This document shows, one piece after another, positions 9,251 through 18,344 of a stretch of 64,000 nucleotides of DNA (position 1 is the stretch's first letter; each line of letters starts with the position of its first letter). A program made the position numbers and the translations under genes. Source of the DNA: an uncultured Gammaproteobacteria bacterium (lineage in GTDB: Bacteria; Pseudomonadota; Gammaproteobacteria; Ga0077536); NCBI GenBank assembly GCA_963976285.1, contig CAXBJY010000008.1, positions 14,414 to 78,413 on the forward strand. Direction: 5' to 3'. The notes beneath the pieces are model-generated. The model searched no databases and was not told where the DNA came from. It worked only from the letters and a program-made list of their open reading frames with translations.

Positions 9251-12200
9251 TGCGCGTGCGTCGCCTGCTTGCCTGGACCAGCGGCCTCGCGCTGACAATC
9301 GCGCTGGCCGTGTTGTGCGCCGCCTGGTACCTGACCGCAACGGAACCCGGCAGCCGCTGGCTCGTCGCACGCGCGCTGTCGTTCACCGGCGAACACACCG
9401 TGCGCATTGCGCGGATCCGCGGACGGCTGATCGATCACATCGAACTCACCGAGGCGGCCGTCGACGCGGCCGGGAGCCGGGTCAACGTGAGCGAACTCGC
9501 GTTCAGTTGGTCACCGCGGGCGCTGCTCACCGGCGAATTACTGATCGAGCGACTCCGCCTGGCCGGCGTCGAGGTCACGCCACCGCCACCGTCGGCAGAC
9601 AGCGAGCGCCCCACGGCCGTCTCGATCCCGGCATTACCGTTGCCCGGGACGATCCGCGACCTCACGCTGTTGCGCGTGACGATCCACACCCCGGATCAGG
9701 CTGTCGTGATCGACGAACTGAGCCTCGCCGCGAACTGGGATCGGGATCGCATGCAGCTGACGAACGTGATCCTGAACACCGGCGATCACCGGCTCACCGC
9801 GGACGCGATGCTCGGTATCGGTGACGCCGCCCGCCACGAACTCACTGCGAGCTGGCGCGGTAAACTCGGCGACGACCCCGCGTCCGCGACGATCGTCGCG
9901 GCCGGCCCGCTGCAAGCGCTGACGGTCGAGCTCGATGTCGACGGTCCGCTCACGGCGCAGATCGGCGGCAGCGTGCGTCCGCTCGAGGCCCGCCCCGGGG
10001 TCACGCTCAGCGGGCGCGTACAGGCGCCGCAAACCGGCGCTGCGGTGACGTTCGGTGATATCGATCTCGGTGTCGACGGCGATCTCGCGGCGCTCATCGT
10101 CAACGTCTCGACACAGGCGGGCCGCGCGGGCCGCGACGAGTACACGCTGACGGCGAGTGCCACGCTCGGCCTCGAAGCGACGGATGATGCAAGCGCGACG
10201 GTGAGCGTTGACTGGCGCGCCGTTCCGCTCACGGCGAAGCTGCCGACCGTTGCCGGCCACGGTCGATTTGCGCTCGCCGGCGAGCGCATCGCGCTGACGC
10301 ATACGACGGACGCGCCGCTGGCGACGAACCTCGCCGGCACGGTCACGCTCGGCGACCCCACCCCCGCGCTCGATGTGAAACTCGCGTGGCAGGACTTCGT
10401 GCTCCCGCTCGGCAGCGGTCAGGATATCGTCGGACGCAGCGGTACGCTGACGGCGGTCGGGACCCCCGATGCGCTCGCGCTCGTGATCGCCGGTTCGTTC
10501 GCGGGCACCCCGGTCGGCCCGGTCGACGTCGACGCCCGCGGCCACCTCGACAGTCAGCGCCTGAATCTCGAAACCCTGAGCGCGCGCCTGCTCGACGGCA
10601 CGATCGAAACCGCCGGCACGTTCGACTGGCGCGGCGAGCCCACGGCCGCCCTGCGCTTCAGCGGGCGCGAACTCGATTTCCGCCGTTTCCTCGCCGCATC
10701 GCCGAGCCGGGTCGGGTTTGCCGGTAACGGCACGTTCACCGCCGGCACGAACGGACCGCGCGCGACGCTCGAACTCGACAACGTCGGCGGCGAACTGCAC
10801 GGGCACGAAATTTCCGGCGCCGCGAGTCTGCGGACGAGCCCCGAGGCCATCGTCGTGGACCGCGCGCGGTTCGCGGCCGGACCCAACCGTCTGACTTTCC
10901 ACGGTACGTGGTCCGACGCGCTCGACGGTGAATTCGATGTCGCGCTGAGAGACCTCGGCACGCTCGACCCGCGGCTGTCCGGTTCGCTGACCGGTCAGGG
11001 AGCGGTGGGTGGCGCACTGCTGCGACCACGCATCGATGCGGCAATCGCGGGCCAGGGGCTCAAGTTCGATCGCTTCACCGCCGCGGATCTCGAGGCGAAT
11101 ATCGATATCGATCTGGCCCGCAGCGAGGCGTCGCAGGCGACGTTGAATTTTTCCGGTTTGACGCTCGACGGCGACACCCTCGGTGATGTCACGCTGCGCG
11201 GCAGCGGCACGGCCGCAGAACACCACCTGCGACTCTCGTTCGACGGCCCGCAGGCGTCGTTCGAAACCGCGGCGCAAGGCCATCTCGTCGACGACCGATG
11301 GTTCGGCGAAGTCGCCGAGTTCGATGCGACGTCGAGGATCGCGGGCGCCTGGAACCTGAGTTCACCGAGTTCGGTTTCCGTGAGCGGCAACGACGCCGTG
11401 ATCGCGGACACGTGTTTCGAATCCGGCGCCGCGCGCGTTTGTCTCACCGCGTCGCGCCTGCCGGCGGGCGGCAAGGCACGCGTCGCCATGACCGGCGTCC
11501 CGCTGGCCCTCGCGGATTACTACCTGCCGCGAACGCTGCGTCTGCGTGGCGCCCTGAATGGCGATGTTGAACTCGTCTACGACGACGGCGTGCTGACGGG
11601 CGCCGGGGCGCTCGCCGTTGCCGACGGAGTTGTCATGCGCGAGACCGCCGGCGCGGTGCCCGAGCAGGTTGCGATCGAGTCACTCGCGGGCAAATTCACG
11701 CTCGCGCCGGACGCGTTCACCGCCGAGGTGCAGGCGAACGTCGAACGCTGGCTCGACATCGACGGTGCCATCACCACCGGCCGCGCACCCGATGCGCCGC
11801 TCACCGGTACGTTCGCGGCACGCGCGACGAATCTCGTCTGGCTCGCGGAGTTTGCGCCGGAACTCGCGGGCACGGACGGCGAACTCGAGCTCACGTCGAC
11901 GATAAGCGGCAGTCGCGCCGCCCCGCGCGGTCAGGGCCGGCTGCGTCTTGCGAGCGGCGCACTCACGCTGCCCGATATCGGGCTCACGATCGCACGCTTC
12001 GATACAACGTTCGACGCGAGCCCGGAGGCCATCGTTTTCGACGCTGCGTTCGGCGCCGGCGACGGTGAATTGCGTGCGCGCGGCGACGCACGGAAACCGG
12101 CGGATGGCGCGCCGTGGAACTATACCGTCGAGCTCGGCGGCGAGGATTTCGCGCTCGTGCGGCTGCCGGAAGCGGAAGCCGACGTCAGCCCGGAGCTGAA

Positions 12201-13116
12201 ACTCGCGGGCGGAGACGAGGGCCTGCATGTCAGCGGCACCCTGAACGTGCCGCGCGTCGCGATCGATGTGAAACGCCTGCCGAGTTCCGCTGTCAGCGTC
12301 TCCGAAGACGAGATTATCGTTGCGAGTGACGACGCCGGGCTTGAAGAAACGGCGAACCGCGGCTTTATGACGGAATCCGTGAGCGGCGATGTCGCGATCC
12401 GGTTTGGCGACGATATTTCCGTCAACGGCTTCGGGCTGACGTCGAAACTTTCCGGGGCGGTCGACTGGAAAAAACGCCGCGGCGAAGCGCTCGGCCGGGC
12501 GTCCGGGAAAATCAGCATCGACGAGGGCGAGTTCAAGGCCTACGGCCAGCAACTCCAGATCGAAAACGGCCGCATCGTGTTCGCCGGGCCGGTCGATAAT
12601 CCGAATCTGAACCTGCGCGCTTACCGGCCGAACCTGGACGTCAAGGCCGGGGTCACGGTGCGCGGTACAGTAAGGGATCCGACAATATCGCTGTTTTCGG
12701 AACCGGTGCAGAGCGACGGGGATACGCTGTCCTACATCGTTACCGGGCGCGCCCTGAGCGATGCCTCGGCCGGTGAGTCATCCATGCTCGCGCAGGCCGC
12801 GTTGAGCCTCGGCGCGGAAGAATCCGCCGCGGTGACGAACCAGATCCGCGGCACGTTCGGACTCGATGAATTTTCCGTGAACGCGGGCACGACGGTTCGG
12901 GACACATCGCTCGTGGCGGGCAAGCGGCTGTCGCCGAAGTTGTCCGTGCGCACGGACTACAACCCGTTCGAACAGCTGTGGACGTTTTTTCTGAATTACA
13001 AACTCACGCCAAACTGGAGCGTCGAGGCGGAATCCGGCGAGCGCCAGGGTGCGGATCTGCTGTACAGCGTCGAGGGCGAAGATCTGATCGAAACGCTGTC
13101 GCCGTTCACGAAATAA
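9247..13116 (+). CDS. tamB: translocation and assembly module protein TamB (DUF490/AsmA-like, 1289 aa)
   Basis: ATGA overlap with tamA. N-terminal TM anchor MMRVRRLLAWTSGLALTIALAVLCAAWYL, a very long beta-rich repetitive body, and conserved C-terminal DUF490-like region (…LNLRAYRPNLDVKAGVTVRGTVRDPTISLFSEP…). Confidence 0.8.
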   Translation: MMRVRRLLAWTSGLALTIALAVLCAAWYLTATEPGSRWLVARALSFTGEHTVRIARIRGRLIDHIELTEAAVDAAGSRVNVSELAFSWSPRALLTGELLIERLRLAGVEVTPPPPSADSERPTAVSIPALPLPGTIRDLTLLRVTIHTPDQAVVIDELSLAANWDRDRMQLTNVILNTGDHRLTADAMLGIGDAARHELTASWRGKLGDDPASATIVAAGPLQALTVELDVDGPLTAQIGGSVRPLEARPGVTLSGRVQAPQTGAAVTFGDIDLGVDGDLAALIVNVSTQAGRAGRDEYTLTASATLGLEATDDASATVSVDWRAVPLTAKLPTVAGHGRFALAGERIALTHTTDAPLATNLAGTVTLGDPTPALDVKLAWQDFVLPLGSGQDIVGRSGTLTAVGTPDALALVIAGSFAGTPVGPVDVDARGHLDSQRLNLETLSARLLDGTIETAGTFDWRGEPTAALRFSGRELDFRRFLAASPSRVGFAGNGTFTAGTNGPRATLELDNVGGELHGHEISGAASLRTSPEAIVVDRARFAAGPNRLTFHGTWSDALDGEFDVALRDLGTLDPRLSGSLTGQGAVGGALLRPRIDAAIAGQGLKFDRFTAADLEANIDIDLARSEASQATLNFSGLTLDGDTLGDVTLRGSGTAAEHHLRLSFDGPQASFETAAQGHLVDDRWFGEVAEFDATSRIAGAWNLSSPSSVSVSGNDAVIADTCFESGAARVCLTASRLPAGGKARVAMTGVPLALADYYLPRTLRLRGALNGDVELVYDDGVLTGAGALAVADGVVMRETAGAVPEQVAIESLAGKFTLAPDAFTAEVQANVERWLDIDGAITTGRAPDAPLTGTFAARATNLVWLAEFAPELAGTDGELELTSTISGSRAAPRGQGRLRLASGALTLPDIGLTIARFDTTFDASPEAIVFDAAFGAGDGELRARGDARKPADGAPWNYTVELGGEDFALVRLPEAEADVSPELKLAGGDEGLHVSGTLNVPRVAIDVKRLPSSAVSVSEDEIIVASDDAGLEETANRGFMTESVSGDVAIRFGDDISVNGFGLTSKLSGAVDWKKRRGEALGRASGKISIDEGEFKAYGQQLQIENGRIVFAGPVDNPNLNLRAYRPNLDVKAGVTVRGTVRDPTISLFSEPVQSDGDTLSYIVTGRALSDASAGESSMLAQAALSLGAEESAAVTNQIRGTFGLDEFSVNAGTTVRDTSLVAGKRLSPKLSVRTDYNPFEQLWTFFLNYKLTPNWSVEAESGERQGADLLYSVEGEDLIETLSPFTK

Positions 13117-13129
13117 CGGCCGCGCTCGC

Positions 13130-13333
13130 TCACCGATCGAATTCGAGTTCGACCACCGGTTGCGTGATCCCGGACGCCGCCTGCGCGTGCCACTCGATAC
13201 ACCATTCGGTGCAGAAGATGAGGTCGGCTTGCTGTTCGGACGCCGACGTGAGGCCGGCGTCGTAAATGAGCACGCCGCAGTTATCACACTTCACGTACTT
13301 TTCGATGTAGTAACCGTTCTCCGCGAAACGCAT
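13130..13333 (-). CDS. 67-aa Cys-rich mini-protein (Zn-ribbon/TRASH-like; acetone-carboxylase-gamma-like partner of hydantoinase B)
   Basis: MRFAENGYYIEKYVKCDNCGVLIYD…ADLIFCTEWCIEW: CxxC … FCxxxC motif. Its ATG overlaps the TGA of the upstream hyuB (TGATG), implying translational coupling. Confidence 0.55.
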   Translation of the reverse strand: MRFAENGYYIEKYVKCDNCGVLIYDAGLTSASEQQADLIFCTEWCIEWHAQAASGITQPVVELEFDR

Positions 13334-15060
13334 CAGCGATGTCCCCCGTCAGGGCCGCCGGCCCCGTAGTCGCGCGCCGCCACCGCGGCGCTGATGAACC
13401 CGTCGTCGACATCCGCGGTCACGCGCGCCGGATCGCGCGCCGCGGGCTCGCCCCAGCCGCCACCACCCGGGGTGAGCAGGCGGATCCGCTCGCCCGAGCG
13501 GATCCTCACGTTCGACCATTTGCTCGTCGAGCGCTTGTTGAAGGCTTCCACCATCGTCTGCCATTCGGTGCCATCGGCAGCCTGGTACAGGGTTTGTCCG
13601 GCCGCGCCGGGCCCGCCGCCTTCGAGGCCCCAGGCCTGGTGGTCATGGCGATCGGTCAGTTGCGTGCACGTAATCTCCGCGTCGAGACAACGCCAGGTCT
13701 TGCTCGTGCCGAGACCGCCGCGGTATTGCCCCGCGCCACCGGAATCGGCGCGCAGGCTGTATTCCTCGGTGAGCCAGGGGTAGCGCGTCTCGAACACTTC
13801 GACCGGGATCACGCGGCAGTTCCCGTTGATCGAATCCGTCGCATTGTTGCCGTCGGCGAACGGCCGCGCGCCCCAGCCGACGACTTCGATGTCGTAGCAC
13901 GCGAAGTATTCGTTGTTCTTGACGTCCTGTCCGCCGAACACGAAATTCAGATGCGTGCCGCCTTCCGCCGCCATGCCGCGCGCCGGATCGGCCTGTGCCA
14001 GCGCGCCGATCACGGTACCGGCGATGCGCGGATGCGCTTCGGTGTTACCGCCGACTTCCGGCGCGGGATAATCGACGTTCACGATCGACCCGCGTGGTGC
14101 GATCACCTTGATCGGGCGGAAGCACCCGGAGTTTTTCGGAATCGACGGATCCGTCAAATGCAGGATCGCGTTGTACGTGGCCGACCACGCCACCCCGAGC
14201 GTCGCGTTGATCGGCCCCGCCACCTGCGGCGTGCTGCCGGTGAAATCGACGACGATGCGCTCGCCGCGTACGTGGCAGTGCGCCTCGATGCGGATCTCGC
14301 TGTCGGACACGCCGTCGTTGTCCATGTAGTCGACGAAGTCGTAGCGGCCGTCCGGGATGTCCGCGATTTCCGCGCGCATGCGCGCTTCCGCGTAGTCCAT
14401 CAGATCCGCGCACGTGCGTTTGAACACATCGATACCGTACTTGCGCACGATCTCGCCGAGACGCTCGGCGCCCTGCTCCACCCCGGCGATCATCGCGCGC
14501 ATATCGCCGTAGTTGTAACGCGGCGTGCGCACGTTCGCGAGCCACAGCTTCCACACTTCCGCGACGTCTTCACCGCGCTTTTTGATCTTCACCGGCGGCA
14601 CCCGGATACCTTCATGGAAAATCTCCGTCGCCTCCGACGGGAAGCCGCCCGGCACCATGCCGCCGACTTCGGCGACGTGGCCGATCGCCACGGTGAACGC
14701 AACGAGTTCATCGTCGACGTAAACCGGACAAAACAACGTGTGTTCCGGCGTATGCAGGCCACCACGGTACGGATCGTTGTGCACGATCACGTCGCCGGGT
14801 TCGATCTCGCTCAAGGGTATTTCCTCGAGACACGAGCGGATCAGCAGCGGCATGCCGCCGATCTGCGCCGGGCAGAATTCCGCCACCGCGAGCATTTCCC
14901 CGATTGGCGAAGCAATACCGCACGTGAAATCGAGCGCTTCATTGAAAATCGTCGAGTACGAGGTTTTCATCAGCGTGATGCCCATTTCGCGACACGCCGA
15001 AATCATCGTGTTCTCGATCACGTTCATCGTCACGAGATCCATCGAAGCGTTTGTGTTCAT
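13333..15060 (-). CDS. hyuB: hydantoinase B / oxoprolinase family protein (HyuB, 575 aa)
   Basis: Met 90 of track ORF 13333..15327, with GGGAGAAGAG SD upstream. MNTNASMDLVTMNVIENTMISACREMG… DPYRGGLHTPEHTLF… typical HyuB. ATGA overlap with hyuA stop. Confidence 0.85.
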   Translation of the reverse strand: MNTNASMDLVTMNVIENTMISACREMGITLMKTSYSTIFNEALDFTCGIASPIGEMLAVAEFCPAQIGGMPLLIRSCLEEIPLSEIEPGDVIVHNDPYRGGLHTPEHTLFCPVYVDDELVAFTVAIGHVAEVGGMVPGGFPSEATEIFHEGIRVPPVKIKKRGEDVAEVWKLWLANVRTPRYNYGDMRAMIAGVEQGAERLGEIVRKYGIDVFKRTCADLMDYAEARMRAEIADIPDGRYDFVDYMDNDGVSDSEIRIEAHCHVRGERIVVDFTGSTPQVAGPINATLGVAWSATYNAILHLTDPSIPKNSGCFRPIKVIAPRGSIVNVDYPAPEVGGNTEAHPRIAGTVIGALAQADPARGMAAEGGTHLNFVFGGQDVKNNEYFACYDIEVVGWGARPFADGNNATDSINGNCRVIPVEVFETRYPWLTEEYSLRADSGGAGQYRGGLGTSKTWRCLDAEITCTQLTDRHDHQAWGLEGGGPGAAGQTLYQAADGTEWQTMVEAFNKRSTSKWSNVRIRSGERIRLLTPGGGGWGEPAARDPARVTADVDDGFISAAVAARDYGAGGPDGGHR

Positions 15061-17093
15061 GTCTCTTCTCCCGCGGCGCCGATCACGAGATGCCCCGTGG
15101 GTGACACCGTCAGCTGTTGCGCAGGACCAATCACGGTCACCGACGCCGCTTCTTCGACGAGCGCCGGACCGGTGAGGGCAAAGCCCGCGCCGAGCGTCGC
15201 CCGGTCGTATACCGGCGTGTCGATCACGTCCTCGCCGAACGCCACTTTGCGCCGCGCCGGCACGGGCGGCGGACGTTCGCCGAGCGACGGGAAACGCGGT
15301 TTCTCGGTCGTTGCGAACACGGTGCATTTAATCGTCGTCATTTCGATCACCTCGTTCGGGATCGCGAAGCCGAAGCGGGCGTCGTGTTTTGCATGGAAGT
15401 CCGCCCACAGGCGGGCGCAGTTCGCCGGGGTGAACTCGTCGAACGCGATCGGTACTTCGAGTTCGTAGTTTTGGCCGAGATAGCGCAGTTCGAGTACGCG
15501 CTGGACGACGAGGTCGGTGTGGTAGCCCTGGCGTTCGAGATCGCGCCGGCCGCTCGCCACGAGATGCTGCAGCACCTCGGTCGCGCGCGCGGCATCGAAA
15601 CGTTGCGAGGTCATATCGATCGTGCGTTCGAGATCGACGCGTGCGTCGGCGAGCGTAAACCCGAGCGCGGAAAACTGGCCCGGATGGATCGGCACGACGG
15701 CCGTCGGAATGCCCGCTTCGCTGATCACCTCGGCCGCGTGCAGTGGCCCCGCCCCGCCGAACGCCATCAGCGAGAAATCCCGCGGGTCGAGTCCGCGCTC
15801 GATCAGCACCGTGCGCAGCGCGCCGACCATGTTCGTATTGACGATGCGGATGATCGCATCGGCCGTTGCGAGTACGGACAGGCCGAGTGGCCCGGCGATC
15901 CCGGCGATCGCCGCCTCGGCGCGATCGCTGGCCAGCGCCATCGTACCGCCGAGGAAATTCTCCGGATTGATCCGCCCGAGCACGACGTTCGCATCCGTCA
16001 CCGTCGGCGCCGTTCCGCCGCGGCCGTAACACGCCGGCCCCGGGTTCGCGCCGGCACTGTGCGGTCCGACGCGCAGCATGCCGCCCTTGTCGATCCACGC
16101 GATCGAACCGCCGCCGGCACCGATCGTGCGGATATCGAGCATCGGGATCTGGATCGGCAGCCCGAACGCGATTTCAAAATTCGTCGTAAACGCAATCTCG
16201 TGCTGCACGATCGTCGAGCAGTCCGTCGACGTGCCCCCCATGTCGAGCGTCACGACATGGTCGCAGTCGAGTTCCTGCGCGACGGCGCGCCCGGCGACGA
16301 TGCCGCCCGTGGGCCCGGAAATCGTTAAATGGATCGGATGTTCCGCCGCGGCCGCCGGGGTCATCTCGCCACCGTTCGATTTGATCATCGCGGTCTCGGC
16401 CCGCACGCCGAGGTCGCGGAAACGCTGCTCCATGTCGCGCAGGTAGCGTTGCAGGATTGGCTTGATATAGGCGTCGGCGATCGTCGTCGAGGCGCGCTCG
16501 AACTCTTTCCACTTCGGCAGCACGTCGAACGAGATCGAAACCGGCACGTCGGGTAGTTCTTCGCGCAGGATGTCGCGCACGCGGCGTTCGTGCACCGGGT
16601 TGACGTAGGAGAACAGCAGGTTGACCGCGATCGCCTCGATATCGCCGGCGGCGCGGATGGCGGCGGCGACGTCACGCACGCTCGCTTCGTCCAGCGGTGT
16701 GTACACCTCGCCGGTGCTGAGCAGACGTTCGGTGATTTCGAAACAGTGCCGGCGCGCGACGAGCGGCTCAATGCGCGACCAGGTGCGATCGTAGTGATGC
16801 TCGCGGTGCCCGCGCTGCAGAAACGGGATGTCGCGGAAACCGGCGGTCGTGACGTAGGCAACGCGGGCGCCCTTGCGTTCGAGGATCGCGTTCGTCGCGA
16901 CCGTCGTGCCGACGCGGAGATTGTCGATCGCGGACGGCTCGGCGATACGGCCAAGACCGGCGAGGATGCCGGCGGTCGGATCATCCGGGGTGGTCAGGTT
17001 TTTCCAGACGTCGATCGTCCGGGTGTCCTTGTCGTAGGCAACGAAGTCGGTGAACGTGCCGCCGACGTCCACCCCAAGTAAATAGGCCGGCAT
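15057..17093 (-). CDS. hyuA: hydantoinase A / oxoprolinase family protein (HyuA, 678 aa)
   Basis: MPAYLLGVDVGGTFTDFVAYD… (actin-like ATPase fold N-terminus), LDMGGTSTDCSTI, and other conserved hydantoinase A motifs. Confidence 0.85.
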   Translation of the reverse strand: MPAYLLGVDVGGTFTDFVAYDKDTRTIDVWKNLTTPDDPTAGILAGLGRIAEPSAIDNLRVGTTVATNAILERKGARVAYVTTAGFRDIPFLQRGHREHHYDRTWSRIEPLVARRHCFEITERLLSTGEVYTPLDEASVRDVAAAIRAAGDIEAIAVNLLFSYVNPVHERRVRDILREELPDVPVSISFDVLPKWKEFERASTTIADAYIKPILQRYLRDMEQRFRDLGVRAETAMIKSNGGEMTPAAAAEHPIHLTISGPTGGIVAGRAVAQELDCDHVVTLDMGGTSTDCSTIVQHEIAFTTNFEIAFGLPIQIPMLDIRTIGAGGGSIAWIDKGGMLRVGPHSAGANPGPACYGRGGTAPTVTDANVVLGRINPENFLGGTMALASDRAEAAIAGIAGPLGLSVLATADAIIRIVNTNMVGALRTVLIERGLDPRDFSLMAFGGAGPLHAAEVISEAGIPTAVVPIHPGQFSALGFTLADARVDLERTIDMTSQRFDAARATEVLQHLVASGRRDLERQGYHTDLVVQRVLELRYLGQNYELEVPIAFDEFTPANCARLWADFHAKHDARFGFAIPNEVIEMTTIKCTVFATTEKPRFPSLGERPPPVPARRKVAFGEDVIDTPVYDRATLGAGFALTGPALVEEAASVTVIGPAQQLTVSPTGHLVIGAAGEET

Positions 17094-17177
17094 GGTCGTG
17101 TCTCTCGCTTAGTGCTCGTCGGTGAGTCCTGGCGTCAGCATAACGAACGGCGACAGGCGCGACCAGAACGGAACGAC

Positions 17178-18278
17178 TCAGCGATTGCGATGGTCGCGCT
17201 CGCCGGGTTTTTTCGGGTGCGCGTAAGGATGCGCTCGCTCCGCGCGCTCCGCTACCGGGATCGCGGCAACGCTCGCCGCGGCCTCGCGCCATGCCGCGAT
17301 CAGGCGATCTTCGGCCGCATAATCGAAACGATCCTGCAGCCGTTGTTCGAGGTCACCGCCGGCCGGCGGCGCATTGGCGAGTAACCAGTCGACCGTGATG
17401 CCGAGCGCGTCGGGAACGCTGCACACGTCGCGGTAACCGAGTTTGGTGCGGATCTTTTGCGTGTCCATGAGGCGGTGATGCGTGGTCGTGCCGTCGCCGA
17501 AAATATGCGCCGAGTGGGCGAGTTCGTGCGGCAGGTTCACGAGTTCGACGTCGGCGCCCATTTTTCGCGCGATCACCTCGATCAGCTGCGCGGTCGTGTA
17601 TTGCTCGTCGTCGCCGCAATTGAAAATCTGGCCAGCCGCAGCGTCCGCCTGGTCGGCGGCCAGCAACACGCTGTGGGCGAGATTGCCGGCGAAACCGTGC
17701 GTCAGGAGTGACAGTCCGCCGTCGGCGACGATAATGTGGCGGCGGCCGTCGCGCAGGCGGCGCACGACGGACCACTCGCGCGGCACGAGCTGGCGGGGAC
17801 CATAAACGTACGGGTAGCGGAAATGCGCCGCGTCCGGGTGGTGCTCGAACACGGCGCGTTCGGTCTGGCCAATCAGCCACGAGAAGCGATGTTCCGCTTC
17901 GTCATCGACGAGCGCCGCGTCCTCGGCGATCGGACTCGTCATCCCCGCCGGACGCAAGCGTTCCGGTTCGAGGTAACCGCGATAGGCGGCGACCCCGCCG
18001 ACACTGATGAAGCGCCCGACCTTGCCCCGCAGGGCCTCGGCCAGCAGGCGAATGCGGCCGTACGTGACGACCGCGAGATCGAACGTGCGTCCGTCGAGCG
18101 CCCCGGTGATCGTGTCGAGGAAATGCGGATCGCCGTGGATATGCTCCACCGCGGGCGGGATCTCGTCGATCTCGTGCGTGCCGCGGTGGAATATCGCGAC
18201 CTCGAAGCCGCGCTCGAGCAGACCATTGACGATGTAGGGACCGGTCGGGCCGGTGCCGCCGACGACGAGTGCACGCAT
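17178..18278 (-). CDS. NAD-dependent epimerase/dehydratase family protein (extended SDR)
   Basis: MRALVVGGTGPTGPYIVNGLLERGFEVAIFHR (Rossmann GxxGxxG); 366 aa. Confidence 0.75.
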   Translation of the reverse strand: MRALVVGGTGPTGPYIVNGLLERGFEVAIFHRGTHEIDEIPPAVEHIHGDPHFLDTITGALDGRTFDLAVVTYGRIRLLAEALRGKVGRFISVGGVAAYRGYLEPERLRPAGMTSPIAEDAALVDDEAEHRFSWLIGQTERAVFEHHPDAAHFRYPYVYGPRQLVPREWSVVRRLRDGRRHIIVADGGLSLLTHGFAGNLAHSVLLAADQADAAAGQIFNCGDDEQYTTAQLIEVIARKMGADVELVNLPHELAHSAHIFGDGTTTHHRLMDTQKIRTKLGYRDVCSVPDALGITVDWLLANAPPAGGDLEQRLQDRFDYAAEDRLIAAWREAAASVAAIPVAERAERAHPYAHPKKPGERDHRNR

Positions 18279-18344
18279 GCAATTCAGCCTGATTAATCGA
18301 AAGGAACGGGCCCCAGTGTAACGCGCGGGCGCGGACCGCCGCGC

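Noticed and set aside
13339-15468. 709-aa + strand ORF, plus other long antisense ORFs in the track (for example 15117..16328 +, 35482..36843 -, 39724..40614 +, 40683..41774 +, 41907..43160 +, 43244..44521 +, 47652..49250 +, 51374..53224 -, 54379..55413 +, 55423..56784 +)
   Set aside because: Each lies antisense to a gene with clear family motifs (hydantoinases, HAD/SurE, ACAD, thiolase, carboxyltransferase, biotin carboxylase, AMP-ligase, HlyB). Their translations are Arg/Pro/Ala-rich low-complexity strings typical of open antisense frames in high-GC DNA.
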